DNA from: Clostridium sp. CAG:793
GTDB taxonomy: Bacteria > Bacillota > Clostridia > TANB77 > CAG-508
Assembly (NCBI GenBank): GCA_000433915.1
Contig: HF993639.1
Location: 61,633 to 125,632 of the forward strand
DNA: 64,000 bases
Direction: 5' to 3'
Below are positions 40,405 through 50,415 of this stretch, one piece after another. The notes under the pieces were generated by a model. It did not search any database, had not been told where the DNA came from, and saw only the letters and a list, made by a program, of their open reading frames with translations. The position numbers and the translations under genes are program-made. Within the stretch, counting starts at the first letter, position 1; each line of letters starts with the position of its first letter.

Positions 40405-41698
40405 TGCATATTTCCATTACATTTTCAATATCTACAACTTCTTTTTCACCTGTTTTTAAATTCTCAAGTTCTACTTTTCCATTTTCTACTTTGTCTCCTA
40501 ATATTGCCATATATGGTGTTCCAAGAATCTTGCAATCTTTTATTTTTGATCCAAATGTTACAGTAGTTCTATCATCTAATATTGCTTTTCCCTGTGCCAT
40601 ATCATATAGTTTCATTGCATCTTTTACTTTTTCTTCGTTTTCCATTTTAGGAACAATCTGTATTGTATATGGTGCAATTTCTTTTGGTAATGCTATACCT
40701 GTTACTTTACCTTGAGCATCTTTTGTAACTGATGCTTCATATATTGCAGCTACTAGTCTTGATACTCCTATTCCATAGCATCCCATGTAATAAGGCTTTT
40801 CTTTTCCATCTTGGTCTATGAAGTTTGCATTCATTGCTTCTGAATATCGTGTTCCTAATTGAAATATGTGTCCTATTTCTATTGATTTTGTTTGTCTTAA
40901 TTTTGATATATCTGTTATTCCATATTCATTTTTTAAATATTCTGCATAGTCTGGTCTTTCTAATATTTCTGTGTTTAGTGCTGTTCCTGTCTCTTCATCA
41001 TATAGAATTGTATCTTCTCCAATTGGTGATATTAGCATAAATTCTTCACTCTTTTTTCCACCCATTGCACCATTGTCAGCAACTACTGGGATTATCTTCA
41101 TTCCTACTCTTTTAGCAATTTCTAGATATGCATCTCTAACTTTCTTATATGATATTTCTAATCCTTCTAAGTCTTTGTCAAAGCTATATGCGTCCATCAT
41201 TAAAAATGATTTTCCTCTTAATAAATATCCTCTTGTACGTATTTCATTTCTGTATTTTTCGCCAATTTGATAATAGGTTGCTGGCATGTGTTTGTATGAT
41301 TTTAGTTTTTCTCTTGCAAACTCTACTACTGCTTCTTCAGCTGTTGGTGCTAAACAAAATTCTCCTTTGTCTGATTCTACTGTTAGCATCACACCTTCTT
41401 CTATATATTTGTCCCATCTTCCTGATTTCTTCCAAATTGTATCTGGTTGTAATGTTGGTAATTGTACTTCTATGCATCCTGCTTTATTTAATTCTTCTTG
41501 GATTATTCTTTCTAAATTTCTTTTCACTAACATTACAATATTGTTATATCCATATATTCCTGTGCCGTATTGCACTAATTGTCCTGATTGTAATAACATA
41601 TCCTGTGCTGGATACATTTCATCTAGGTTGTTTACTCTCATTGTTCCAATTCCTGATTGTGATAATTTCATTTTATATCTCTCCTTCTGATTCTTCAC
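40397..41698 (-). CDS. proS: Proline--tRNA ligase, short bacterial-type lacking the INS editing domain
   Basis: Class II motif 2 YRNEIRTRGYLLRGKSFLMMDAYSF; motif 3 GCYGIGVSRL; C-terminal anticodon-binding domain. Only 433 aa, with no ~180-aa insertion between motifs 2 and 3. Confidence 0.8.
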   Translation of the reverse strand: MKNQKERYKMKLSQSGIGTMRVNNLDEMYPAQDMLLQSGQLVQYGTGIYGYNNIVMLVKRNLERIIQEELNKAGCIEVQLPTLQPDTIWKKSGRWDKYIEEGVMLTVESDKGEFCLAPTAEEAVVEFAREKLKSYKHMPATYYQIGEKYRNEIRTRGYLLRGKSFLMMDAYSFDKDLEGLEISYKKVRDAYLEIAKRVGMKIIPVVADNGAMGGKKSEEFMLISPIGEDTILYDEETGTALNTEILERPDYAEYLKNEYGITDISKLRQTKSIEIGHIFQLGTRYSEAMNANFIDQDGKEKPYYMGCYGIGVSRLVAAIYEASVTKDAQGKVTGIALPKEIAPYTIQIVPKMENEEKVKDAMKLYDMAQGKAILDDRTTVTFGSKIKDCKILGTPYMAILGDKVENGKVELENLKTGEKEVVDIENVMEICNK

Positions 41699-42314
41699 TC
41701 TTGATTTGCTCTTTATTTTCTTCTTCTATTTCTTTTTTCGGTTCTGGCTCTATTTCATCTATTACAACTTGCCTATTACTATCTAATTTATATCTAGGCA
41801 AAGTTGGAAGTTCTTTTATATTATGTAACCCGAACATTTTCAAAAATTCATCATTTGTTTTATACGTCATTGGTCTTCCTGGTAAATCAGCTTTTCCTGA
41901 TTGTTCTATTAAATTATACTCTAATAGCCTATACACTGTTCCACTTGAATCTACACCTCTTATTGAATCAATATCTGCTTTAGTAATTCTTGGATTATAT
42001 GCTATTATTGCTAATACTTCAAGTGACGCTTGTGATAGTGTTGGTGCTGTTCTTTTGTCAAATGCAGGATATAAGTATTCATAATATTCTTTTTTTGATG
42101 ATAATTGATATCCATCATTTACTCTTATTATCTCTATTCCTCTTGATTCTGCTTGATATTCTTGAATCATTTCTGATAGTAGTGATATTATTTCGTCTTC
42201 ACCTAATTCTAATATTGACATTAATTCTTTTGTCTTTACTATTCTTCCAGTGCTAAATAATATTGCTTCTATTATTCCTTTAGCCTTTTCTCTGTCCATG
42301 TTTTTTCCTTCCAT
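41673..42314 (-). CDS. scpB: Segregation and condensation protein B
   Basis: Two winged-helix repeats (IIEAILFSTGRIV...); acidic C-terminus; 3' end overlaps the proS start by 26 nt. Confidence 0.8.
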   Translation of the reverse strand: MEGKNMDREKAKGIIEAILFSTGRIVKTKELMSILELGEDEIISLLSEMIQEYQAESRGIEIIRVNDGYQLSSKKEYYEYLYPAFDKRTAPTLSQASLEVLAIIAYNPRITKADIDSIRGVDSSGTVYRLLEYNLIEQSGKADLPGRPMTYKTNDEFLKMFGLHNIKELPTLPRYKLDSNRQVVIDEIEPEPKKEIEEENKEQIKSEESEGEI

Positions 42315-42428
42315 TTTCGCTACTTTTGATAATATTATAGCACCCCTCAGCTAATACGGTCAAGAAATTTTTAATTTTATCTTGATTTTATTTTTCTTTT
42401 GTGTTATTATAATTGTGGTGGTGATATT

Positions 42429-42608
42429 ATGATGGAAGAAAAAGAAGAAATTAAAAAAAGTGAAAGAATTGAAATTGTCCAAGGCGATTCTCATAACTTA
42501 AATATTTCTGATGTTAGAGATAATCTAACCTTTGAAGTTCATGATAATGATGCTACCAAAAAGGGCGAAATCATAGTTCCTGAAAATCAGAGAACTACTC
42601 CTACATAA
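42429..42608 (+). CDS. Small acidic hypothetical protein (about 59 aa)
   Basis: GGTGGTG SD; followed by hairpin terminator cctagacaagttattgcctagg + ttttt. Confidence 0.4.
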   Translation: MMEEKEEIKKSERIEIVQGDSHNLNISDVRDNLTFEVHDNDATKKGEIIVPENQRTTPT

Positions 42609-42662
42609 TTCAAATGATTACCAAAAAAACCTAGACAAGTTATTGCCTAGGTTTTTGCGTTA

Positions 42663-43568
42663 TTATAATACTGATCCTATGATTCCTGCATCATTTTTTA
42701 GCTTTGCACTTATTAGTTCTATATTATCATCTTTGTTAAATAGATAGTCTTTTAATTTTATTTTTAATCGTGGAATAAAGATATCATCATAATATGAGAA
42801 ACTGCCTCCAAAGCATATTGCTTCTGGTTCGAAAATATTAATTATATTTGAAATTCCTATTGCTACATTTTCTATATATTCGTCTATTATATTTGAGACA
42901 TTTTCGTCATTTATATTTTTTCGTATATAATTTTGAATTTCCTCTGATTGCATATCTTTATCTAGTTTTAATTGTTCTATAACAGTTTGTTTTAATCTTT
43001 TCATTGAGGCATAAGTTTCAAAGCACCCTTTTTTTCCGCAGTTGCATTCTCTTCCATTTTTCTCAATTACCATGTGTCCAAATTCAAAACCAGGATTTTT
43101 ATATGGTTTTAGTAATTTATTGTCCATAAATACTGCACTTCCTACACCTGTTCCTATACACAAGAATACACAGTCTTTGTATTTTTTAAGTGCACCATAT
43201 TCTTTTTCGCCTAATCCAGCACATTTTCCGTCATTTCTTATTGTTACTTTGGTATTGTATTCTTTAGTAAGTATTGTTCCTAGATTGTATTCATCTATAT
43301 GTAAGTTTACTAAATTTCTGATTGATGTTTCACTTGGACTTCCTGGTACTGCTATACCTATTCTTGATATGTTACTTGGTGTATAATCATGTCTTTGTAA
43401 TAATACTTTTATTTCGTTTTTTATGATGTCTAATATTATTTCTTTTGCTCTCGATTCAGTTTGAATATCTGATAACAAAATATCCCTAGTTTCTTTTCCT
43501 ATTATAGCCCCATCTTTAACTATTCCTGTCGCAATATGGCTTCCACCTATATCTATTCCTATTTTCAT
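42663..43568 (-). CDS. glcK: ROK-family glucokinase
   Basis: MKIGIDIGGSHIATG N-terminal ATPase motif; ROK zinc motif CNCGKKGCFETYAS. Confidence 0.8.
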   Translation of the reverse strand: MKIGIDIGGSHIATGIVKDGAIIGKETRDILLSDIQTESRAKEIILDIIKNEIKVLLQRHDYTPSNISRIGIAVPGSPSETSIRNLVNLHIDEYNLGTILTKEYNTKVTIRNDGKCAGLGEKEYGALKKYKDCVFLCIGTGVGSAVFMDNKLLKPYKNPGFEFGHMVIEKNGRECNCGKKGCFETYASMKRLKQTVIEQLKLDKDMQSEEIQNYIRKNINDENVSNIIDEYIENVAIGISNIINIFEPEAICFGGSFSYYDDIFIPRLKIKLKDYLFNKDDNIELISAKLKNDAGIIGSVL

Positions 43569-43628
43569 TTTTGTTTTCCTTTCTTTATTAGAAAAAGGAA
43601 TCTCCTATCTCGGAAATTCCTTTTTATT

Positions 43629-44975
43629 TTATACTCCTGCTGCTGAGAATAAGAATGTTCCCATATATACTTGAATACATGGTACAAGTACAACTATTGT
43701 TATGAATATTAATAATGCACCTATGAATATATACATAACCTGTGGTAATACTTTTACTATCTTTGCTAGGATATTATCAATATCCATATCCATATATTCT
43801 ACCATTTTTTCCATCATCATTGGTAAATCAGTTTGCATACCTATTTTAAGCATCTCTGTTACCATTGGGCTTGGTAAACCAGAATCTTCAAATGGTTTTA
43901 CCCATGAATCACCGGTTATAATGTTATTGATTGATGTTTCAATTATTGATAGCATTACGTAATTTTTTACTACGTTTTTACTTACTTCCATTGCCTCTTG
44001 GATTCTCATTCCATTTTTTAGATTAAGTACCATTGCTTTACTAAATCTTGAAAAGTCTATTGCAAATATAAGTTGTCCGAATATTGGCATTCTGTATTTA
44101 AAGTAATCCCAATTATATCTTCCTTTTGGAGTTTTTATATACATGAATAATACACCTATAATTATTGCAATTATCCCTACTGGTATAAACCAGAATTTTT
44201 GTACTTGTGTTAAGAATTTCGAGAATGCTAATGTTACAGCTGGTAATGTCTCTGCACTTCCCATTTCAGCAAATACGTTTTGTATAATAGGTACTATATA
44301 TACACTGCCTACCATAAGTATTACAAATAAGGCAACAAATTGTGTTATATTTGGTATTAAAATTTGCTTTATTTTTTTATTTAATGCATTTGATGAATCA
44401 AGGTATCCAACGGCTTGTTTTAATGATTCTTCTAGTGATCCAGATAATTCTCCAACTTTTACTAGATTAATATAAATGTATGGGAATATGTCTGAATAAT
44501 ATTCCATTGTTGTATACATATAATCACCAGCTTCAACTCCTGACAATACATCTTCTAGTATTCCTCTTAGAGTTGTGTTTTCTGTTGATTTTACTAATGT
44601 ATTTAAAGCATGTATATTATTGAATCCTGCTTTTTTCAATAGATAAAAGTTCTGAGTAAATACTACAATATCTCTTGTTGTTACCTTTTCGTTTATTGAT
44701 AATGCCATACGAACTTTCTCTTTTACTGAGAAACTTCTTTTATTTTTCTTTTTTTCAATAGCTGTAGCATCTGCTATTTTCATTAATTCTTCTACTTTTG
44801 CTATACTTTCTTGGTTATTCTTTTTGTATTTGCCAAAACTTACTTGAGTTACTTCTATTGGAGTCATTCCATTTGCTTTTAGTCTCCTGATAAGACTTTG
44901 TTTACTTTTCTCAGTTATTCTGTTCCTGATTATTAGTCCATTTTCATCTGCCGCTCTATATACGTATTCTGGCAT
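43629..44975 (-). CDS. pilC: Type IV pilus assembly platform protein (GspF/PilC family)
   Basis: Two T2SSF repeats; polytopic; adjacent to pilT and pilB. Confidence 0.8.
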   Translation of the reverse strand: MPEYVYRAADENGLIIRNRITEKSKQSLIRRLKANGMTPIEVTQVSFGKYKKNNQESIAKVEELMKIADATAIEKKKNKRSFSVKEKVRMALSINEKVTTRDIVVFTQNFYLLKKAGFNNIHALNTLVKSTENTTLRGILEDVLSGVEAGDYMYTTMEYYSDIFPYIYINLVKVGELSGSLEESLKQAVGYLDSSNALNKKIKQILIPNITQFVALFVILMVGSVYIVPIIQNVFAEMGSAETLPAVTLAFSKFLTQVQKFWFIPVGIIAIIIGVLFMYIKTPKGRYNWDYFKYRMPIFGQLIFAIDFSRFSKAMVLNLKNGMRIQEAMEVSKNVVKNYVMLSIIETSINNIITGDSWVKPFEDSGLPSPMVTEMLKIGMQTDLPMMMEKMVEYMDMDIDNILAKIVKVLPQVMYIFIGALLIFITIVVLVPCIQVYMGTFLFSAAGV

Positions 44976-45003
44976 TATCTTACTCCTTTCACTGTTTTAT
45001 CTT

Positions 45004-46131
45004 TTAATATCTATACCCTTCTGTTCCAGAGTCGTTGTCTCTCTTTATTCTAAGTTGCATTATTGTTCTGTTTAATACTTCTACATTTTTTTCTTCTATT
45101 TGTGCTTTTGCTTGGTCTAGTGTTATTTGATCATTTACAAATAACTCTGCTAATGAGTTTATTAATCCTATACTTCCATTTCCTGAAGCACTTTGTATTG
45201 CATCTTCCATTTCTGATACACTTAATTTATCTTTTCTAATTATTCCTGATATTATGTTGTCTACTACCATAACCTCTGGTACTAATGTTAATGTTCCTCT
45301 TTTATTTCTTATCAATCTTTGTGATACAACTAGTTTTAATAATGATGCTATTAAGAATTTGATTGATGCTTGATCTCTTACATCATAGAAGTTGATCATT
45401 CTATCAATTGTTTCTGCACATGATTTTGTATGCAATGTTCCTAATACTAAGTGACCTGATTCTGCTGTTTCTATGGCTGCATCTAGTGTTTCTCTATCTC
45501 TGATCTCTCCTATTACTAGTATATCGCAATCTTCTCTTAAAGAGTTCTTTGTTCCTAGACTATATGTTGGCATATCTCCACCAACACCTACTTCTTTTTG
45601 TACAATTACTGATTTTTTTGATTTATGTCTATATTCTACTGGGCTTTCAAGTGTTAATATTTTTTTGTTTTGTGTTTCATTTATATAATTGATTAATGCA
45701 TTTAATGTTGTTGATTTACCAGAGTTAGTTTTTCCTGTTACTAGTATTAGTCCTTGTGGTTGTAATGTCATTCTTCTTACTATATCTGGTACTCCTAATT
45801 GTTCATATGTTGGAAGCTCATTTCTTATAAGTCTTGTTGTTATTACAGGAACTTCGTCTGCATATGATATATTTACTCTTAAACGTATATTATTAAATAT
45901 TGCTGAGCAATCTAATACTTTATTTTCTCTGAAAAATTTATCTTTTTCTACACTTCCTTGAAGAAAATAATCATATACATCCCATATATCATCTTTGCTA
46001 ATTTCTTCTGCTTCATTTATTGTTACTAATTCTCTGTATACTCTTATTATTGGTTTTAGTCCACTTATAAAGTGTACATCTGATGCACCTACATCTTCTG
46101 CCTTTTTTAAAATGGCATTTACATCTATCAT
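45004..46131 (-). CDS. pilT: Type IV pilus retraction ATPase
   Basis: Walker A GKTNSGKSTT, Asp box, His box; about 375 aa without the N-terminal GspE domain. Confidence 0.8.
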   Translation of the reverse strand: MIDVNAILKKAEDVGASDVHFISGLKPIIRVYRELVTINEAEEISKDDIWDVYDYFLQGSVEKDKFFRENKVLDCSAIFNNIRLRVNISYADEVPVITTRLIRNELPTYEQLGVPDIVRRMTLQPQGLILVTGKTNSGKSTTLNALINYINETQNKKILTLESPVEYRHKSKKSVIVQKEVGVGGDMPTYSLGTKNSLREDCDILVIGEIRDRETLDAAIETAESGHLVLGTLHTKSCAETIDRMINFYDVRDQASIKFLIASLLKLVVSQRLIRNKRGTLTLVPEVMVVDNIISGIIRKDKLSVSEMEDAIQSASGNGSIGLINSLAELFVNDQITLDQAKAQIEEKNVEVLNRTIMQLRIKRDNDSGTEGYRY

Positions 46132-46160
46132 TATTATTTCCTCCTGGCAATATTTTGTTT

Positions 46161-47786
46161 TTAATAGAATAGTAATTTTCTATTTAACTCTTCTAATGTT
46201 GTTATTCCTTCTACAACTTTAGCAATTCCATCTATGAGTAATGGTTTATATCCGTGTTTTAATGCTTCATCTCTTATTTCTAGTGTTGATGCATCTTTAA
46301 CTATTAATTCTTTAATATCATCATCAAATAGTAATGTTTCAAATACCGCAATTCTGTCATAGAATCCACTATTATTGCAATATTCGCATCCAACTGGATC
46401 AAATGTTGTGTGATTGTCTACATCAAATTTTACATTATATTTGTCAGCTATTTTATTTATTATTGCTTTCTCTTCTTCTGTAAAAGGTCTTTCTTTTCTA
46501 CATTTTGGACATAATTTTCTTACTAATCTTTGTGATATTGATGTTGCTAATGTGCTTGATATATCATAGTTTGAAATATTCATTTTTCTTAATCTTGATA
46601 TAACTTCTACTGCATTTAATGTGTGAATTGTTGATAATACATAGTGACCTGTTTGACCAGCTTGCATTGCTATCTCTGCTGTTTCTTGATCTCTTATTTC
46701 TCCAACTAGAATTATATCAGGATCTTGTCTTAATACTGTTCTTAATGATCCAGCAAAAGTTGTTTTTGTATCAATTTCTATTTGATTTAATCCAGGAATA
46801 CGGATTTCTACTGGGTCTTCAATTGTTGTTATATTAATCTGTGGTCTATTTAAATAGTCTATTACACTATATAATGTGGTAGTTTTTCCTTCTCCAGTTG
46901 GTGCAGCAATTACTGTTATACTGTTTCTTTTATCAAATGCGCTTTTTAGCAATCTTTCATCTTTTGGATATCCTAATTCGAATAGTCCTTTTATTGTTGT
47001 GTTTTTCTTTAGTAATCTTAGAACAAATTTCTCACCAAATATGTTTTTCTGTGATGAAGAACGAATATTATAATCTGGATACATTATAATTCTACCATCT
47101 TGTGGTTCTTGTTTTTCTTGGTGCATATTAGATATTGATTTTAATCTTCCTATAATTTGTGATTGTTTCTCTTTATCAATATGTGCAACATCAAATAAGA
47201 TACCATCTATTCTATATCTTACTCTTATATAGTTTTCAAGAGGCTCTATATGAATATCACTTGCTCTTTTACTCATACCTGTTCTAATTATATTATCTAC
47301 TATGCTTGTTCCATTTGCATCAGTATCTATTGTTTCTGTTGATACTTCATTTAATTCTTCTAATACTTTCTCTAATTGGTCTTTAAAGGTGATATATCTT
47401 TCCATTACAAGACCTCTATTAAGCATTAGTAATCTTACTGCTTCTATTTGGCTAGTATTACTTGTATTTGCAAAACATACTTTTATTATTCCATCATTTA
47501 TATCAAATGGGATAGCCATGTCTTCTCTAGCAACATCCATTGATATATAATTTGTTAATTTTATTTTTACTTTTTCTTTTGTTATAAATATTACTTTTTC
47601 GTCAAGTATCTCACCCATTGCATTTAGTAATGCTGTTGGATCTGCCGCATTTGTTTTAAATAATATATCTCCTAGTTTTTCTTTAGGATTGTTTTTCTGA
47701 TATTCTAGTGCTTTTTCTATATCTTCTTGTTTTACTATTCCTCTTTTAACTAATTCAATTCCTAATGGTTGCCTATTTGTAGCCAT
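46161..47786 (-). CDS. pilB: Type IV pilus extension ATPase (GspE/PilB family)
   Basis: N-terminal GspII domain; Walker A APTGEGKTTT; tetracysteine motif CPKC...CEYC. Confidence 0.85.
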   Translation of the reverse strand: MATNRQPLGIELVKRGIVKQEDIEKALEYQKNNPKEKLGDILFKTNAADPTALLNAMGEILDEKVIFITKEKVKIKLTNYISMDVAREDMAIPFDINDGIIKVCFANTSNTSQIEAVRLLMLNRGLVMERYITFKDQLEKVLEELNEVSTETIDTDANGTSIVDNIIRTGMSKRASDIHIEPLENYIRVRYRIDGILFDVAHIDKEKQSQIIGRLKSISNMHQEKQEPQDGRIIMYPDYNIRSSSQKNIFGEKFVLRLLKKNTTIKGLFELGYPKDERLLKSAFDKRNSITVIAAPTGEGKTTTLYSVIDYLNRPQINITTIEDPVEIRIPGLNQIEIDTKTTFAGSLRTVLRQDPDIILVGEIRDQETAEIAMQAGQTGHYVLSTIHTLNAVEVISRLRKMNISNYDISSTLATSISQRLVRKLCPKCRKERPFTEEEKAIINKIADKYNVKFDVDNHTTFDPVGCEYCNNSGFYDRIAVFETLLFDDDIKELIVKDASTLEIRDEALKHGYKPLLIDGIAKVVEGITTLEELNRKLLFY

Positions 47787-47813
47787 ATATTCTCCTTTCT
47801 ATGTCCTTATTTT

Positions 47814-48272
47814 TTACCAATATCTTAAAACATATTTTATTGTTTTTCCGAAGTTTGGTTCTTCTTTATTTGTTCCTGTTGAAATTTTTATTTTGATTAT
47901 TTTCTTTCCGTTTTCTTCGAAGTTATCTGCTTCAAATTCGGCTATTGTTCTTGCTATCTTTACATTTCCTCTATATATTGCATTTTCACTTTGTTTATAT
48001 GTGTATTTACTTCCATTGCTCAAGACTATCTCTACTGTTTTTTCTCCATTTTGCTCAATCGTTGTTGCTGTTCCTTGTTTACTTTCTTTGATATCTTGTA
48101 CAAAATATGAGTTAAATTTATTAAATTCTTCTGAACTTACAGAGTTTGTATTTATCTTAGATAAATTAGAGTATACAAAGTTACTTAAGTATGCTAATAA
48201 TCCAAGTGTTGCTGAGAAAACCAAGACATATATAATTAGTGCTGTTAGTGTTATACCTTTCTCACTTTTCAT
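47814..48272 (-). CDS. Pilin-like protein with non-canonical class III signal (MKSEKG|ITLTA..., no Glu5)
   Basis: Short basic leader ending in G, then a ~22-residue hydrophobic segment; lies in the T4P cluster. Confidence 0.6.
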   Translation of the reverse strand: MKSEKGITLTALIIYVLVFSATLGLLAYLSNFVYSNLSKINTNSVSSEEFNKFNSYFVQDIKESKQGTATTIEQNGEKTVEIVLSNGSKYTYKQSENAIYRGNVKIARTIAEFEADNFEENGKKIIKIKISTGTNKEEPNFGKTIKYVLRYW

Positions 48273-48295
48273 CTTGTCAAATTCCTTTCTTTGTA

Positions 48296-48715
48296 TTATT
48301 CTCTAATTTTTATTTTGTTCATTTTAAATTCTCTTTCTTGTCCATTTACTGAGTATGTTACTGTTATTTTTATTTTCTTTACTATGTCTTCTGCTGATTC
48401 TATTTCATCAGAATATTTTTCTATTGTATATGTTATTGTACTATGATTTCTGCTTTTATCAAAATACTGATTGATCTTTGACTGCTCAATTAATGATTGG
48501 ACTTTTGTATCTGTTATATCATCATAGTTTTCCAAATCAATCTGTTCAAATATCTCTGTAACACATCCAATAGCTACTTCATGTATCTTGGCAATTGCAA
48601 CATTCATATATATTTGATAATACAGTGTTACTATTATTGCACTTGCTGCTACAAATATAATTAATCCTCCTGCAACATCTATTCCAGTTGCTCCTTTTTC
48701 ACTTTTTATTCTCAT
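48296..48715 (-). CDS. Pilin-like protein (MRIKSEKG|ATGID..., Asp at +5)
   Basis: Same leader architecture as its two neighbours. Confidence 0.55.
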   Translation of the reverse strand: MRIKSEKGATGIDVAGGLIIFVAASAIIVTLYYQIYMNVAIAKIHEVAIGCVTEIFEQIDLENYDDITDTKVQSLIEQSKINQYFDKSRNHSTITYTIEKYSDEIESAEDIVKKIKITVTYSVNGQEREFKMNKIKIRE

Positions 48716-49510
48716 TTAAACACCTATTTGTGACAAAAATATCATAATCCATACAATAGCATTTGATACAGCTAAGTAAAATGCTACTGGTGGCTTTTTA
48801 TCATATTTTTTCCCTTTATTTATAATTTTATTTATTAAACTTTTTATTGAGATTATTAATAGTGTTAATATAATTGTTAATATTGTTCCTATTTCGAATG
48901 TAAAGAAATTTATTATTAAACAAAAAATTACTAGACTTATATTATAGTCATCTTTTGTTGTTTTCTTTATTTTGTATGTGCTTGCAACAGTTAGTATCGC
49001 TGTTACTATTAAGTAAATTATTATTCTGTTTATATTAAAGTTTTCATAAAAATTGTATTGATATATGAATTCTAATGCTGAGATTGCTATTCCATAGATC
49101 AATACTCCTTTATGTATTTCTCTATGTTCCTTGTCTATTCCTGCTATTAGAAATACAAATACTATATATAATACTCCAAGTGCATATTCTATGCCTTTCC
49201 ATGTATATACATTTTGAATATTTATACCTATTCCTGCTGCTAATATTACGAAAGCCAAGCCACATAATACTTCTATTATTTCGTATCTTGGACTTATTTT
49301 TGTTTTGCAGTATCTACATCTTCCACCAAGGAATGCATAACTTAATACTGGTATCATGTCTAAAAAAGATAATTTATGATTGCATTTAGGGCAATATGAA
49401 TGTTTATAAACAATGTCCTGATGTAATGGGATTCTATATGTTGCAAGTGTTAAGAAACTTCCAAATACTGTTCCCATCATAAATATTATTATGTATAGTA
49501 ATATATTCAT
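48716..49510 (-). CDS. pilD: Prepilin peptidase (A24 family)
   Basis: N-terminal Zn-binding CPKC...CRYC; polytopic membrane protein; 264 aa. Confidence 0.85.
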   Translation of the reverse strand: MNILLYIIIFMMGTVFGSFLTLATYRIPLHQDIVYKHSYCPKCNHKLSFLDMIPVLSYAFLGGRCRYCKTKISPRYEIIEVLCGLAFVILAAGIGINIQNVYTWKGIEYALGVLYIVFVFLIAGIDKEHREIHKGVLIYGIAISALEFIYQYNFYENFNINRIIIYLIVTAILTVASTYKIKKTTKDDYNISLVIFCLIINFFTFEIGTILTIILTLLIISIKSLINKIINKGKKYDKKPPVAFYLAVSNAIVWIMIFLSQIGV

Positions 49511-49672
49511 AAGCTCTTTATTTCCTTTCTTATCTTAGTTGTTTATTATGTTTTTAATCCAAATAGAGGTTACCTAAATACGAATTATTTAGGTAACCTC
49601 ATATTTAGTGACTATTATCATCATAATAATAGGTTTTCTACTTAATTTAAACGTTAATTAGTCAGCAGTAGT

Positions 49673-49894
49673 TTATCTGTTTCCTACAACGTCGTTCATT
49701 ACATTTAGATAACTATCCATTCTTGCTGCATCGTTTTCTTCACCAGCTTTGTAAGCATTCTTGCCTTGTTGAGCTCTTGTGAATAAACCATTTTGAGATA
49801 GTGTCATTGTAATTGTAACACCTGCTAAGATTAATAGTATAACGATTGTAACAACTAATGCTACTAATGTGATACCTTTTTCTTTCTTAAACAT
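49673..49894 (-). CDS. Short pilin-like protein, probable major subunit (MFKKEKG|ITLVALVV..., no Glu5)
   Basis: 73 aa with the class III signal-like leader; preceded by a long AT-rich leader and followed by a hairpin. Confidence 0.6.
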   Translation of the reverse strand: MFKKEKGITLVALVVTIVILLILAGVTITMTLSQNGLFTRAQQGKNAYKAGEENDAARMDSYLNVMNDVVGNR

Positions 49895-49964
49895 AATAAA
49901 TTCCCTCCTTAGTAAAATTTGTGTATATATTTATATAAAATTAATAAATATAACCTAACTTAGA

Positions 49965-50396
49965 TTATTTTGTTCCAGTGCTAATGTTTGCTGCATTGTA
50001 ATAGTTGTCTGTTGTATTTCTATCAACATTATCACCACCACCATTTGCTGAATTTCCATTTGATGTACTATTGTTAGTTGTGTTATTAGCTTCACTTGTT
50101 GTTTCTGCTGTTGCAAATGGATCAGCTTTTCCTGGATTATAACTTTTGTTTTTCTTATATAATGAAAGATCCGAGTCTGTTATTTCAAAAGTTTTATTTA
50201 CTTGTGTTATTTCTTGTTCTGTCGTATTGTCTTCAATTTCTTTTTGTACATTTTCTGGTGTACTATATGCTGTAACTTTACTTGGCACCAATTTATTTGA
50301 TGGTACATAATTGTAAAATATTATTGCTAGTACTAACCCAATCAATACACTTATTAGAAGTATAATAAGAACTTCTTTAATGATTTTCTTTGCCAT
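49965..50396 (-). CDS. Membrane-anchored hypothetical protein with a low-complexity Asn/Thr/Ser-rich C-terminus, in the pilus operon
   Basis: One N-terminal TM; position between pilO and the pilin suggests a pilus accessory (PilP-like?) protein. Confidence 0.45.
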   Translation of the reverse strand: MAKKIIKEVLIILLISVLIGLVLAIIFYNYVPSNKLVPSKVTAYSTPENVQKEIEDNTTEQEITQVNKTFEITDSDLSLYKKNKSYNPGKADPFATAETTSEANNTTNNSTSNGNSANGGGDNVDRNTTDNYYNAANISTGTK

Positions 50397-50415
50397 TTCT
50401 TACTCCTTCATAGTT

